Shown piece by piece: positions 38,827 to 49,186 of a DNA stretch of 64,000 nt (positions are counted from its first letter, which is position 1; every line of letters begins with the position of its first letter). A program made the position numbers and the translations under genes. The notes under the pieces were generated by a model. That model worked only from the letters and a program-made list of their open reading frames with translations. It was not told the DNA's origin and did not search any database. Source of the stretch: Dehalococcoidia bacterium (GTDB lineage: Bacteria > Chloroflexota > Dehalococcoidia > Lucifugimonadales > QGNO01); the NCBI GenBank assembly GCA_965261445.1, contig CBDHCW010000025.1, forward strand, positions 13,870 through 77,869, given 5' to 3'.

Positions 38827-38892
38827 CACCAGGGTTCAGGGTTTACGCCAATTAGGATTGCTTGACACTAAATTGACATTAAGGAGTATGTA

Positions 38893-39426
38893 ATGGCTGA
38901 AGAGAGAGACCTTAACGGGCTGCCTCGGGAGAAACTGACCGAAGTTCTGGATTCCTTTCGGGACCCTGAGGTTTTCAATGCAGTAACCGGGCCTTGGAAG
39001 TCGCGTGTGGTCTGGCAGGATGGTATGCGGGCCAGGGCCTACATGCGCAACCACCAAGTTGACATGGATGAGCCAGGCGACCTGACCGCCACTGATGTGG
39101 CCGCCAGCGCTCACGAGCAGCTGTTGTCGGCCATTGGCAGCTGTATGACCGTGGGCTTTGTGGTCAACGCTACCAAGCAGGGAGTCCGCATCCATGACCT
39201 GGAGATAGCGGTCGAAGGGTATTTTGACAACATCCGCAAGTGGGCCGGAGTTGAGGACGAGGGAAACCCGGGTTACGGCAGGATTTCGGCCAAATGCTTC
39301 GTGCGCGCCGATGCCAATGAGGAAACTCTGCGGGAAATCTGGCGCTTGGCAGTGGAGGGCTCTCCGGTCACCCAGTCAGTGGCCAAGCCAACCGCAGTCG
39401 AGACCGACTTTGAAATGGTCGGTTGA
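38893..39426 (+). CDS. OsmC-family peroxiredoxin-like protein
   Basis: 177 aa. The GSCMTVGF segment and overall length fit OsmC/Ohr. Confidence 0.6.
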   Translation: MAEERDLNGLPREKLTEVLDSFRDPEVFNAVTGPWKSRVVWQDGMRARAYMRNHQVDMDEPGDLTATDVAASAHEQLLSAIGSCMTVGFVVNATKQGVRIHDLEIAVEGYFDNIRKWAGVEDEGNPGYGRISAKCFVRADANEETLREIWRLAVEGSPVTQSVAKPTAVETDFEMVG

Positions 39427-40199
39427 TGGTCAACTTCGTTTCGGCGGATTGGGTCTCTGACCATATCGGGCAGCCAGGATACCTGATAATTGACCCTCGC
39501 TCCGCCATGCGCTACTTGATGGGCCACTTGAGAGGCGCGGTCAACGTCCCTTTCAAGAAACTGCAAGGTACGGACGGACGTCTCGGCCCGCCGGATCAGC
39601 TTGCTGCAGTTTTTGGTGAAGCAGGGCTCGGCGACGGCGTAACTCCGGTGATTTACGACCATCAGGATGGACGCAACGCCTCTATGGTGGCTTGGGTCTT
39701 GGAATATCTGGGCCGTAGCGACGTTTATATCATGGACATACTCTACGATGCCTGGAAGGAGCAGGGGAGAGAGGTCCTCTACCGGCCTGTTTCCACTGAG
39801 CCAAAGTCCTTGTCGCCACGCCTGAACCCTTCGGTGAGGGCAACTATCAGCGACCTTGTCACCTCCGGCGAGACAAAACTTCTGGATACACGCTCCCAGG
39901 AGGAGTTTCGCGGCCAAACGGAAATTGACCATCGTCCTGGGCACATTCCCGGTGCGGTCAACGTTCCCCACTCCGAAATGGCTGGCACTGATGGAAGACT
40001 GCTCATTGAGCTGGACCTTCTGCGCCGACGGCTGGCAGCAGCAGGCATCACTCCCAGTGATCCGGTAGTGGCCTACTGCCGCAGTGGAATCCGGGCCTCA
40101 CTGGCTTACCTGTCCATGCAACAGGCTGAGTACAACGTCCGTCTCTACGACGGCTCCTACGCAGAATGGATGGACAGCGGCCATGCCGTGGAAGTCTGA
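39426..40199 (+). CDS. Rhodanese-domain sulfurtransferase (thiosulfate/3-mercaptopyruvate type)
   Basis: Two rhodanese repeats with the active-site loop CRSGIRAS. The start overlaps the OsmC stop. Confidence 0.8.
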   Translation: MVNFVSADWVSDHIGQPGYLIIDPRSAMRYLMGHLRGAVNVPFKKLQGTDGRLGPPDQLAAVFGEAGLGDGVTPVIYDHQDGRNASMVAWVLEYLGRSDVYIMDILYDAWKEQGREVLYRPVSTEPKSLSPRLNPSVRATISDLVTSGETKLLDTRSQEEFRGQTEIDHRPGHIPGAVNVPHSEMAGTDGRLLIELDLLRRRLAAAGITPSDPVVAYCRSGIRASLAYLSMQQAEYNVRLYDGSYAEWMDSGHAVEV

Positions 40200-40416
40200 T
40201 CTTCCCCTCTAGTTGGTGTCATAAAGGAATGTCCCCTCATGGACGGAGATTTACTTGCCAACGTCACATCCTTCTCCCGGTTGGGGCACCCATTAGGGGG
40301 CACCATGCGAACCGAACCGCTGCAAGGACGGTGGCGAATAGCAAAGTGGACCAAACTGCCTACGACGCTCACGTCTATTTTGACTGGTGGTCGCGCCTAG
40401 CGTTGTGCGTCAGGGG

Positions 40417-40749
40417 AATTGGCTCCACGTTACGTCCCACACTACGTACTTTTGTCTGGGCTTGGTTCAAACTCCCACAACCAGCATCAAGACGGAATTC
40501 ATCCGGGTCAATCCGGCAGGAGCGCCGGAATCCGGTCGCGTTGGCCCTGGACTGGCAGCAGCGCCTAGATTCTGGCGAATTCACCACCAGAGCAGAACTC
40601 GCACGGGAGCTGGGTGTCACAAGGGCTCATGTTACACAAGTCCTGAGTTTGCTTCACCTCGTTCCAGAGGTGAGATCATTGATTCTGGGCCTTGGTGACC
40701 CCATCAGGGGAAAGGGGTTGGCATTCATACTTTGCGGCCTCTGTTGCAA
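40417..40749 (+). pseudogene. Degenerate HTH (ParB/Spo0J-like) gene remnant, copy 2
   Basis: Encodes ...RRNPVALALDWQQRLDSGEFTTRAELARELGVTRAHVTQVLSLLHLVPEVRSLILGLGDPIRGKG. It has no credible start or end, and it is embedded in a chimeric 273-aa track ORF. Confidence 0.55.
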
Positions 40750-40892
40750 CAGAGTCTCCTTTCTAGGCCTTGTACCTTCAAACTATGATCCCATTTTGAC
40801 AGGCGGGGCCCGGCGTCGAGGGGGTGCGACCTTTCCGCCGGACTCCACCCTGAGCGGCGGTTTGCATCCGCCTAGTCAGGAATTCACGGCCG

Positions 40893-42554
40893 TTAGAGTT
40901 CAGCAACTCGGAGATGCCAGTCAGTTGCAGTCTGGTAGGCATGCGCAACCCGGAAGACAGTGGCCTCTTGAAACATCCCACCTGTGATTTGTAGCCCTAA
41001 AGGCAACCCAATTGAGCTGAAACCGCAAGGCAGCACTATAGAGGGTACCCCTACGAGATTTGAAGCGGACGTTAGGTTAGGGGAATTCAACATTCGGTCT
41101 AGGACGTCGTCCTTGTTCGTAGACTTGGAGGGCGGTGTGATCTTGGGCGCTGGGCCGGCAGCACCAGGGTAGACTAGCACATCGAACTTAGACAGCAGGC
41201 CGATGACGTCCCTTCGGATCAGGTTTCTCAATCTGTAAGCCACGCTCACCGCGGATGCTGGCATTAATGCAGCCGTCAGGAAACGTGTCCGTGTTGCGTA
41301 GTCGTACAGCTCGGGATGTTCCCTGAATCGGGCAAGATGAAGGTTCACGTTATTAACCTGATCTGCAACTCCGCTAGCAATGCCGACGTATTGAATGTTG
41401 GGCAGAGAAACCTCTTCTGCCTTTGCTCCCTGGTCATTCAGCACCTTGACAGCCGCTAGAACGGCATCACGCATCTCCGGATGTATCTCTTCGTGATATA
41501 GGAGCTGTTTTACTACCCCAACTCTTATCCCTGCAATGTCGCCGGTTAGAAATGCTTCGTAGTGAGGAACGGGTCTTCTGCTTGTGGTGATATCCAAGGG
41601 ATCGTGGCCCGCAATGACCTCCAGCAACCAGGCACAATCTAGCACGGTCCGTCCCATTGGACCGATGGTATCCAAAGACCAGTCGAACTCGGTCATCCCG
41701 TAGCGACTTACTCGCCCATAGGTGGTCTTCAAGCCAACGACCCCGCAGCAATTCGCCGGTCCCCTTATGGAACCGAGGCTGTCTTCGCCTATTGTAATGG
41801 GAAGCTCGCAGGCGGCCACGGCTATACCGGAACCGCCGCTCGACCCCCCGGCAGAATAATCTAAGTTCCATGGGTTAGTGGGAATGCCATACGGGTAGTA
41901 AGTTCGGCCGCCGCCTCCAATGACCGTCAGGTTCAACTTGCCCATCAGAATAGCACCAGCTTCTTTAAGCCTAGCGACTACTGTGGCATCGTAGTCAGGG
42001 ACGAAGTTCTCTCCGTATGGCTGTGCCGTGGTGGTCCTTATCCCCTTTGTGTAAATCTGGTCTTTAATACCAATAGGAATGCCGTGCAAGGGTCCCCGGT
42101 ATTTCCCTTTCAGGATTTCGGCTTCTGCTTTCTTGGCTGCGCTGAGTGCTTCTTCCCTGGTTACGGTTATGAAACCGTGCACCTTGCTATCAACGATGTC
42201 TATCCGATCCAGATAGATCTGTGCAACTTCTACCGGGGATATGTCTTTCTTCCTAATGGCATTGCTCAAATCGGCTACGGTTAGCGGCGCAGTCACATCA
42301 ATAGGCTGTGCGACACTGATTGGTCGCGCTTGTGCTGGTAGGTTCTTTCCCTGGACCGCATCCTCGTCAGACCAGTCGATGTCCGCTACCCAAGGGATAG
42401 GATCAATGTCTCGCCAGAGCGACTCGTCAAGCTGGGCAATAGCTTCAGACGCGGCGTTGTACTTTGCTGTGACTTCATCTATCTCTTCATTGCTGATTGG
42501 GACATCAAGCCAAGAAGCCAAGTCACGGATTTCACTTGAGGTAAGGTTGGTCAT
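40893..42554 (-). CDS. Amidase-signature family amidase with ~90-aa N-terminal extension
   Basis: GGSSGGSG signature, plus catalytic Lys and Ser-cisSer context (GIPIGIKD). Confidence 0.85.
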   Translation of the reverse strand: MTNLTSSEIRDLASWLDVPISNEEIDEVTAKYNAASEAIAQLDESLWRDIDPIPWVADIDWSDEDAVQGKNLPAQARPISVAQPIDVTAPLTVADLSNAIRKKDISPVEVAQIYLDRIDIVDSKVHGFITVTREEALSAAKKAEAEILKGKYRGPLHGIPIGIKDQIYTKGIRTTTAQPYGENFVPDYDATVVARLKEAGAILMGKLNLTVIGGGGRTYYPYGIPTNPWNLDYSAGGSSGGSGIAVAACELPITIGEDSLGSIRGPANCCGVVGLKTTYGRVSRYGMTEFDWSLDTIGPMGRTVLDCAWLLEVIAGHDPLDITTSRRPVPHYEAFLTGDIAGIRVGVVKQLLYHEEIHPEMRDAVLAAVKVLNDQGAKAEEVSLPNIQYVGIASGVADQVNNVNLHLARFREHPELYDYATRTRFLTAALMPASAVSVAYRLRNLIRRDVIGLLSKFDVLVYPGAAGPAPKITPPSKSTNKDDVLDRMLNSPNLTSASNLVGVPSIVLPCGFSSIGLPLGLQITGGMFQEATVFRVAHAYQTATDWHLRVAEL

Positions 42555-42630
42555 CGTTCTTGCACCTCAGCCATCTTTCAATTTTGGTTCGTGAGACCAC
42601 AGCCAATTATTTGCACCAACTTCAGCCTAC

Positions 42631-43536
42631 CTAACGGCCCCTAAGTTTGGGATCGAGCACATCGCGAAGTGCATCACCAAACATATTCAGACCAAACACA
42701 ACTGCCGATAGAGCGAATCCTGGTGCTAAGGCCATCCACACAGCACTCGAGACGAATTGGCGTGTATCTCCTCCAAGCATTCCCCCCCACGAGATGGTTG
42801 TAAATGGAACACCTATTCCCAGAAAGCTCAAGGATGCCTCCGTAATGATAATTGAGCCGATCGACGACGTGGCGACAATCATCAGTGGCGCGAATGTGTT
42901 AGGTGTCACATGTCTTAGCATTATTCGCACGTGGGTAGCTCCTATCGTTCTAGCAGCATCTACATACGGCGTTTCTCTAATGCTTAGAACAGAGGAACGT
43001 ATAACCCTAGTCATACGCGGAGTTTGCACGATTGCAATGGCCAGGATGATGTTGGTCACTCCTGGATCCAATGCGGCGATCAGGGCAAGAGCCAATATCA
43101 GGGATGGAAAGGCGATTATACTATCCACTACTCGCTGGACGATCAAATCAAATTGGCCACCAATATAACCGCTAGTCACGCCTAAGGCTACGCCCCCCAA
43201 TCCAGACAGTAGCATCGTTACCAACCCAACGTATATTGAGATCTTCCCTCCGTAAAGAACCCTGCTCAACACGTCCCGACCTAAGACATCAGTACCAAAC
43301 CAGAAGTCTCTATTTGGTGCTTCCAGGCCGTGGGCAAATCTGGTTTCCCAGGGGTCATACGGAGCGACTATGGGAGCCGCTAGGGACAAAGCCGTAGCTA
43401 TCAATACTAGGCTAATCCCGAATGCTCCCAGTGGCTTCCTCTGGGCAAACCTTCATACGGTACTAAGCCCCACTACTGCGAGAGAGCGCTTGCCTCTCAA
43501 CGATATTGTAACCTGTCCCATTTCACCAAGCGACAT
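42631..43536 (-). pseudogene. ABC peptide/nickel-type permease (DppC/OppC-like) with an in-frame TGA at codon 25
   Basis: From the ATG at 43536 the frame reads MSLGEMGQVTISLRGKRSLAVVGLSTV-TGA-RFAQRKPLGAFGISLVLIATALSLAAPIVAPYDP. The stop lies at 43463-43465. The segment after the stop is the conserved N-terminal TM1 region. Confidence 0.65.
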
Positions 43537-43626
43537 CGTCCCAGCTTCCTATCCGTGTTCAAAATAACTTGAGTGCATAACACTCTGAAAATAGATCATT
43601 CGTATATCTACGACGACTAACTCTCC

Positions 43627-44586
43627 TCAGCCATATTGGATGCGAGGATCTAATATCGCATAGCTGAGATCCACAACCAGGTTGGCCAAGAGAGCGATAA
43701 AAGCCAAGTACATCACGTAGGCCTGCACTACGGGAAGATCCTTCGAGATGACCGCCTCAATAAGATTTACCCCAAGGCCGGGGATACTGAAGATTATCTC
43801 CGTTGTGACTGTGCCACCGAGCAGCACGGCAATCTGAAAACCCAGTACGGTTATGACTGGCAACACAGCATTGCGTAGTGCGTGGCGGAAGATAATTACG
43901 CGCTCCGGCAACCCCTTGGCCCTTGCTGTACGCACATAGTCATCCCGCAAGACCTCCAGCATTTGAGCCCGCGTCATGCGTAACATTACTCCACTACTTG
44001 ACAATGCTAAAGCAGCAGCAGGGAATATCAGTTGCTGGAAAGACTTCCATGGGCTTTCCCAAAGGTTCGCGAAGCCCGGCGGCGGTAGCCAATGCAACAA
44101 CACAGACAAGCCGATAATTACCAGCAAACCTACAAAAAAGCTTGGCATAGCAAGACCTGCGATAGCTATTGTGCGTAGAATGTAATCGGGCCACTTGTCT
44201 TGATATACAGCCGCGAGTATTCCAATCGGTATCGCAATTGCCGATACCAGGACAATGGATAACGCGGTTAACTGAAGAGTCACGGGGAATTGCCGCTTCA
44301 GCTCCTCAAGAATCGGCTTCTTCAAAACCCACGACTCGCCTAGGTCGAATCGCAATAGGCCCCACATCCACTCGATATACTGAACGTAAATGGGACGGTC
44401 TAAACCGAGCTCCTTTACTACTAGCTGTCTGGCCTCTTCAGTGAATGATGCTCCTTCGTCGCCTGCCGTCAGTATTGCTGCCGCAACGTCACCTGGAATG
44501 ATGCGTAGTATCGCAAAGACCGCTACAGACACTATCAAAAGGCTGGGAATAAACAAAAGGAGTCTTTTGATGACGTACTTTCGCAT
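43627..44586 (-). CDS. ABC peptide/nickel-type permease (DppB/OppB-like)
   Basis: MRKYVIKRLLLFIPSLLIVS start and an EAA-loop region (YVRTARAKGLPERVIIFRHALRNA). Confidence 0.85.
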   Translation of the reverse strand: MRKYVIKRLLLFIPSLLIVSVAVFAILRIIPGDVAAAILTAGDEGASFTEEARQLVVKELGLDRPIYVQYIEWMWGLLRFDLGESWVLKKPILEELKRQFPVTLQLTALSIVLVSAIAIPIGILAAVYQDKWPDYILRTIAIAGLAMPSFFVGLLVIIGLSVLLHWLPPPGFANLWESPWKSFQQLIFPAAALALSSSGVMLRMTRAQMLEVLRDDYVRTARAKGLPERVIIFRHALRNAVLPVITVLGFQIAVLLGGTVTTEIIFSIPGLGVNLIEAVISKDLPVVQAYVMYLAFIALLANLVVDLSYAILDPRIQYG

Positions 44587-44667
44587 GACTCACATTAATT
44601 CTTTGTCTTCGTGTTAGACCGCCAGCCTATAGCTTATTGTCGGCGCATTTTACACAAGCGATTAAAC

Positions 44668-44717
44668 AGTAGATGCGGGCCAATTGTTACCTTAGATTGA
44701 GTTGGTCCGCATCTACT
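44668..44717 (-). promoter_or_regulatory. Intercistronic stem-loop between the binding-protein and permease genes
   Basis: Arms AGTAGATGCGGGCCAA (44668-44683) and TTGGTCCGCATCTACT (44702-44717), with 15 of 16 positions paired. Confidence 0.5.
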
Positions 44718-44804
44718 ATAGTACGGTAACGCTTACAAGGCGACCAGCGCTTTCCAAGAATTTCGCAACCGACGGACGCCAGCGCCCGAGAGTCGTAATC
44801 TTGG

Positions 44805-46718
44805 TCAACTCAGATCTACGTTTCCCATCACGAAGATGTCGTGTTGTTGGAGAGTCTCCGGCAGAGCCTTGGCATCGTTCGAGAACCACAAGTTCTCAAA
44901 GTTAACTGTCAACACGTGGATTGGCTGGGGGCTCCAGTTGCGCCAGTTGCCACGAAACATGTGGTAGGGTGTCAGCACGACGGTAGGGAAAAATCCAGAG
45001 TCGCGGTGAATGATATCTACCATTTGACGGAGGATTGCACCACGCTGTGTCTTGTCGGTGATAACCGCCTGTTTCTCATACAATGCTATCCACTCATCAT
45101 TTTTCCAGCGACCCCAGTTTTCGTTTCGGTACTCTTCAAAAGGTAGGTACTTATTGCCGTCGTATATCTCCGGATCTAGCAAGCCGTATCCGGTGGTGTC
45201 GTACAGAACGTCAAATCTACCCTCTAACTGGTCTTCATATCTGGCGCCGCTCTGTTGAACTCGCACGGTAGGTTTGATGTGTATTTTCTCTAAGTCTTCC
45301 ACCAACAATTCGCCGTGTCGACGACCAGCCGGGTAGGAGGACGTTACAATCTCAAACGTGAGCGGGTTATCCGGCCCGTAGCCGAGTTCTTCCATTATAC
45401 GTTTCGCCTCGGCTTGGTCTTCCGCTTTCTTATCGGGATTGAATCCCGGCATCTGTTGCCACTCTTCCAAGCTCAAGAGCCAGTCCCAAATGTAAAGGTA
45501 GTAGTATGAAGGGTAGTAACTGCCTTGCAGGACTAGCTGCCCGTATCTTTCCCTGTCAAGATAGAGTTGGATGGCCCACCGAATTTTCTGGGCAGTCGGG
45601 TCATCTTGCGGGCCTAGGGGCGGCCGTTGCAGATTGGCAATAAATCCCTCCCAGCTGAAACCAAGTACCTTCGGCACCACGATTTCATCTCCGAACTCTC
45701 TTTTAAGGGCAACCGCGTCCTTCACAGTAGGACCAGAATAGCCGAACCACCCATCGATCTGGCCTGCCCTAAATGCGGCAACCTGGCTAGAGACCTCGGT
45801 GATGTGATAATTGGTAACTTTATCTAGATATGGACGCCCTTCGTTCATGTATTGATCGTGGCGTTCAAGGACCGTCTCGCTCCCATCAACGTGCTTGACA
45901 ACTTTGAACGGTCCAGTGCCAACCCATTCATCCTTCTCGTAATCTAACTCTCGCCATTCCCCGCTTTCGTCAATTGGCTTGAAGTACTTTGCTGGGCCCA
46001 AATACGCCCAGCCTTGGGCGAGACAAGAGGTCCACCAGGCAAATTGACCATTGAGCCTCACAGTTATTTCGTTTGGGCCGCTAACTTCTACTCCCAACTC
46101 GCCTCCCGGCTCCATGGGAACACCAAAAGAAGCGTCCTTTTTTACAGCTGTTCGGAAGCACGGAATGCGCCGGAAGTTCGCGTCATTCGGGCGCTCTGAC
46201 CACCGCCAGATGACATAGGCAATCTCCTCGGCACCATATGGCTCACCCTCATGATCCACTATGCCATCACGGATCGTATACTTATATACAGTTCCGTCTG
46301 CGCTGGCCGACCAAGACTCTGCCATCTCCCCAACGAGGGTTCTCCGGTCATTGAGGTCAGTTCCCAACACCTTACTGTAAACATTAGAAATCAAACTGAA
46401 GTCCTGCCCAGTACCCGCCAACCTGCCGATATCCACCGAGCGAACTCTACCAGACATTCTTATATTACCGCCGTACTGGGGTTGTTCAGTCGACGCCGGA
46501 GTTGGTGTCGGTGTGCTAGTCGCACCAGGTGCCGCCACGGTAGGTGTCGCGACCTCTTGAAGTACCAAGGGAGTCGCAGTTGGCGTAGGCTCAGTTCTCA
46601 CGGTCGGCGTTGGTGTCGCTTCTTCACTAGCTCCACAAGCCAGAGCAACAAGCATACCGACCGCTACGGTTCCACCTGCTACGCTTCTCATCACCCGGAC
46701 TAGATTTATTCCTAGCAT
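44805..46718 (-). CDS. ABC transporter substrate-binding lipoprotein, family 5 (peptide/nickel)
   Basis: Lipobox LAC, a Thr/Pro-rich linker, and the length and layout of the SBP_bac_5 family. Confidence 0.8.
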   Translation of the reverse strand: MLGINLVRVMRSVAGGTVAVGMLVALACGASEEATPTPTVRTEPTPTATPLVLQEVATPTVAAPGATSTPTPTPASTEQPQYGGNIRMSGRVRSVDIGRLAGTGQDFSLISNVYSKVLGTDLNDRRTLVGEMAESWSASADGTVYKYTIRDGIVDHEGEPYGAEEIAYVIWRWSERPNDANFRRIPCFRTAVKKDASFGVPMEPGGELGVEVSGPNEITVRLNGQFAWWTSCLAQGWAYLGPAKYFKPIDESGEWRELDYEKDEWVGTGPFKVVKHVDGSETVLERHDQYMNEGRPYLDKVTNYHITEVSSQVAAFRAGQIDGWFGYSGPTVKDAVALKREFGDEIVVPKVLGFSWEGFIANLQRPPLGPQDDPTAQKIRWAIQLYLDRERYGQLVLQGSYYPSYYYLYIWDWLLSLEEWQQMPGFNPDKKAEDQAEAKRIMEELGYGPDNPLTFEIVTSSYPAGRRHGELLVEDLEKIHIKPTVRVQQSGARYEDQLEGRFDVLYDTTGYGLLDPEIYDGNKYLPFEEYRNENWGRWKNDEWIALYEKQAVITDKTQRGAILRQMVDIIHRDSGFFPTVVLTPYHMFRGNWRNWSPQPIHVLTVNFENLWFSNDAKALPETLQQHDIFVMGNVDLS

Positions 46719-46979
46719 TAAGACACCGCCACACGCATAGATTGTATCGCTAACCTAGTTCTTGCTGAGCGTTGGGACAACAGTATTAAATAGGTTTTTG
46801 CACTGTTGAATACCGAAGTGCGGCAGGCGATGTTGAACTTCCGCAAAACGAAGCGTACAATGTATTAGTCCCTTGTGAATGAGAAATGAAATTCTTCTAC
46901 TAAGACGAAATGCAGCAGAGACCGCAAGGTATACGTCGTTATTCGTAGCCCCATCATAGCAGAGGCTATCTGCCAAGTC

Positions 46980-47597
46980 GTGGACCAGATGCCAGATTTC
47001 ACCTCGGTCGGTCAGTCCCATGGACTAGATGAGGCTATCATTTCAATGGCAGAAAGCTGCCCTGATCTAATCCTATCGGGGGCTAATGCGGACGACTTCA
47101 GCCCATCCGTTCTCGCAAGACGCATAGGGGAGATGTTTGGCTACCAAATCCCAATCGTAGTTGTCACGACTCGAGCCGGCCACGATCCGGTATTAGTCTC
47201 ACAAGCAGTCAGTTCTGACATAGCTGCCTACGTTTCGATGAACATAGACGGAGACTCGTTGCACAAAATCCTTTGCCTTGTAGATAAGGGATTCAAAGTA
47301 TTTGGACAAGATGCCTTTGCTATTGTGCGATGTGCACTTGACCACATGCCGACGACACATCTGTCCTCCGATCAAGAAAAGTCCTTGACTCCGCGCGAAC
47401 AACAAGTTCTCAGACTGATGAGTTTAGGTCTCGGAAACCGAGAAATAGCTGATCAGTTAGGGATAGGATTACGGACTGTAGAGATGCATGCATCGCACAT
47501 CATCAGCAAGTTAGGAGTACACTCGCGAACTGAGGCCGTGATTCGCTCCTTAAAGCCAAGCCCTCTCGATTCCGAGATTGACAAAACCGCAAATTAA
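46980..47597 (+). CDS. LuxR-family transcriptional regulator with degenerate receiver-like N-terminal domain
   Basis: C-terminal HTH LTPREQQVLRLMSLGLGNREIADQLGIGLRTVEMHASHIISKLGV. The receiver-like sequence continues upstream of the GTG at 46980 (KVYVVIRSPIIAEAICQV) with no canonical start, and the acidic DD pocket is replaced. Confidence 0.65.
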   Translation: MDQMPDFTSVGQSHGLDEAIISMAESCPDLILSGANADDFSPSVLARRIGEMFGYQIPIVVVTTRAGHDPVLVSQAVSSDIAAYVSMNIDGDSLHKILCLVDKGFKVFGQDAFAIVRCALDHMPTTHLSSDQEKSLTPREQQVLRLMSLGLGNREIADQLGIGLRTVEMHASHIISKLGVHSRTEAVIRSLKPSPLDSEIDKTAN

Positions 47598-47887
47598 AAG
47601 CAGATCAACTGGATTATGGAATCCAGAACTCTGTGTTGCGCCAAGTCTCGTAAGGTCGCCCTGGTATCTTGCTGAACCGTGGGAACGAGCTCCTCCAAGG
47701 GGGGAAGAAGCACGTTTGTTCGCAGACTCCCACATCTGTCACCACTACATCAGTCCTAATGATAAGTTCGAGTCTCCTTCGGTGGGCCTACGTGGAAGGT
47801 TGAACGTATCCGACTAGTAATAAGGCGGGGGATCCAGCAGTCTAGTTCGACGAAAATCCACGATCGGGACTATCAATGCCCCTAGAA

Positions 47888-49186
47888 TCATCGGGTCTCT
47901 GAGGAAGCAGATGCGCTAGCCAAATGAGGTCTTCTCAGGAAAAGGAGGGCCACAATGGCAACGCCAGCGACCACGGCGAATGTCAGAAGAGCGTTTGCGT
48001 AGCTGTCCGTCATATCGAAGACCCATCCGGCAAATACAGGCGTGACAAGTCCAATCATGCCCACGGTTTGGAGAAGGCCGTTCAGAGTGGCGAATGCCTT
48101 ACGGCCGAAGTACTCCCCTATTATCGAATGATTTACTGGCGCCGTGCTTTCCCCCAGCGCCATTAACAAAGCAAAAACAAGCAGAGGAAAAATGCCACTG
48201 AAATTCACTATAACTAGCATAGCTGCAACTGTTCCCACATGCCCGAGGAGCAGCATTGGCGCTTTGTTAAATCGATCTCCAAGCCAGCCAAACATCAAGA
48301 TCAATGGAACTGCTGTGAAAGCCAGCAACCCCAGAAGGTTGGCGCCCGCTTGCTCACTTAAGCCCTTCCAGACAAAGATAGGTATGATGTGTACCCGCAC
48401 TCCCTGATTCAGGGAAAGTCTGACCATAGTGCTGAAAGCTATGATCCAATAGGATGGGGTATGTAACGCCTCTTTGAACGTGAAGTCTGCTGGCAGCTCC
48501 CTGGTTGCTGTCGTTTCAGCCTTCGAATGGCCTCGCTCGCTCGACACCTTTGCAATACGCCCGCCGTCTGGCAACAGCCCCATAGACTCTGGCGTTCTAC
48601 GTATGAACAGTGCAACAGGAAGTGTGACTATCAGAGTAACCAGTGCTGCGAAGATAGCGCCGTTTCTCCAGCCATGGTTCAGGACAATGAACGCAATAAT
48701 GGGCGTAGAAAGGGCGGTTCCCAAACGTATTGAGCCTGAGAACAGACTCAGCACTCTGGTTCGATAACGAACGAACCACAGGTTGGCGACTGCATGCATG
48801 GCATGGGCGCCGGCTATGTTAGAAGAAGGAGAGATCATCAGGAGGTAGATGAGGGCATACGCCCAGTAGTTCTGGGCCATGGCCAACAGCATGAATCCAA
48901 GGCTTCCCATAGCGATGCCTATTACTGTAGGGAGCCGTGGCCCAAAGCGGTCTATAATCCATCCGGCTATAGGTGCTTCTATACCACCCTCTAGGCGCGC
49001 TATTGAGAAGATAAACGCTAGAGCGGCTCGACCAACACCTAGCTCTTGGGACACCGGCAGGAAGAAAATCGGCACTGTGGCTTGACGCATCGACCCGAAT
49101 CCATTGACCACGATTCCGATAGTCGCCATCCACCATCCATAGTGAACCCGCGGGACGTGTTCTGCTTGAGTTCTATTTGTTTCCAA
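47888..49186 (-). CDS. MFS transporter
   Basis: 12-TM profile, 432 aa, with a GWIIDRFGPR-type loop 2-3 motif. Confidence 0.8.
   Translation of the reverse strand: METNRTQAEHVPRVHYGWWMATIGIVVNGFGSMRQATVPIFFLPVSQELGVGRAALAFIFSIARLEGGIEAPIAGWIIDRFGPRLPTVIGIAMGSLGFMLLAMAQNYWAYALIYLLMISPSSNIAGAHAMHAVANLWFVRYRTRVLSLFSGSIRLGTALSTPIIAFIVLNHGWRNGAIFAALVTLIVTLPVALFIRRTPESMGLLPDGGRIAKVSSERGHSKAETTATRELPADFTFKEALHTPSYWIIAFSTMVRLSLNQGVRVHIIPIFVWKGLSEQAGANLLGLLAFTAVPLILMFGWLGDRFNKAPMLLLGHVGTVAAMLVIVNFSGIFPLLVFALLMALGESTAPVNHSIIGEYFGRKAFATLNGLLQTVGMIGLVTPVFAGWVFDMTDSYANALLTFAVVAGVAIVALLFLRRPHLASASASSETR

Noticed and set aside
40166-40987. 273-aa ORF spanning the rhodanese-amidase gap.
   Set aside because: Only its central ~70 residues (the HTH remnant) look protein-like. 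The rest reads through non-coding DNA and the antisense strand of the amidase 3' end. It is treated as a chimeric read-through of a pseudogene.
43463-43465. Selenocysteine or reassigned TGA in the permease gene.
   Set aside because: The position is in an N-terminal cytoplasmic/TM1 segment of a transporter family not known to use Sec. Every other gene in the window stops normally under the standard code. A nonsense mutation or sequencing error is more parsimonious.
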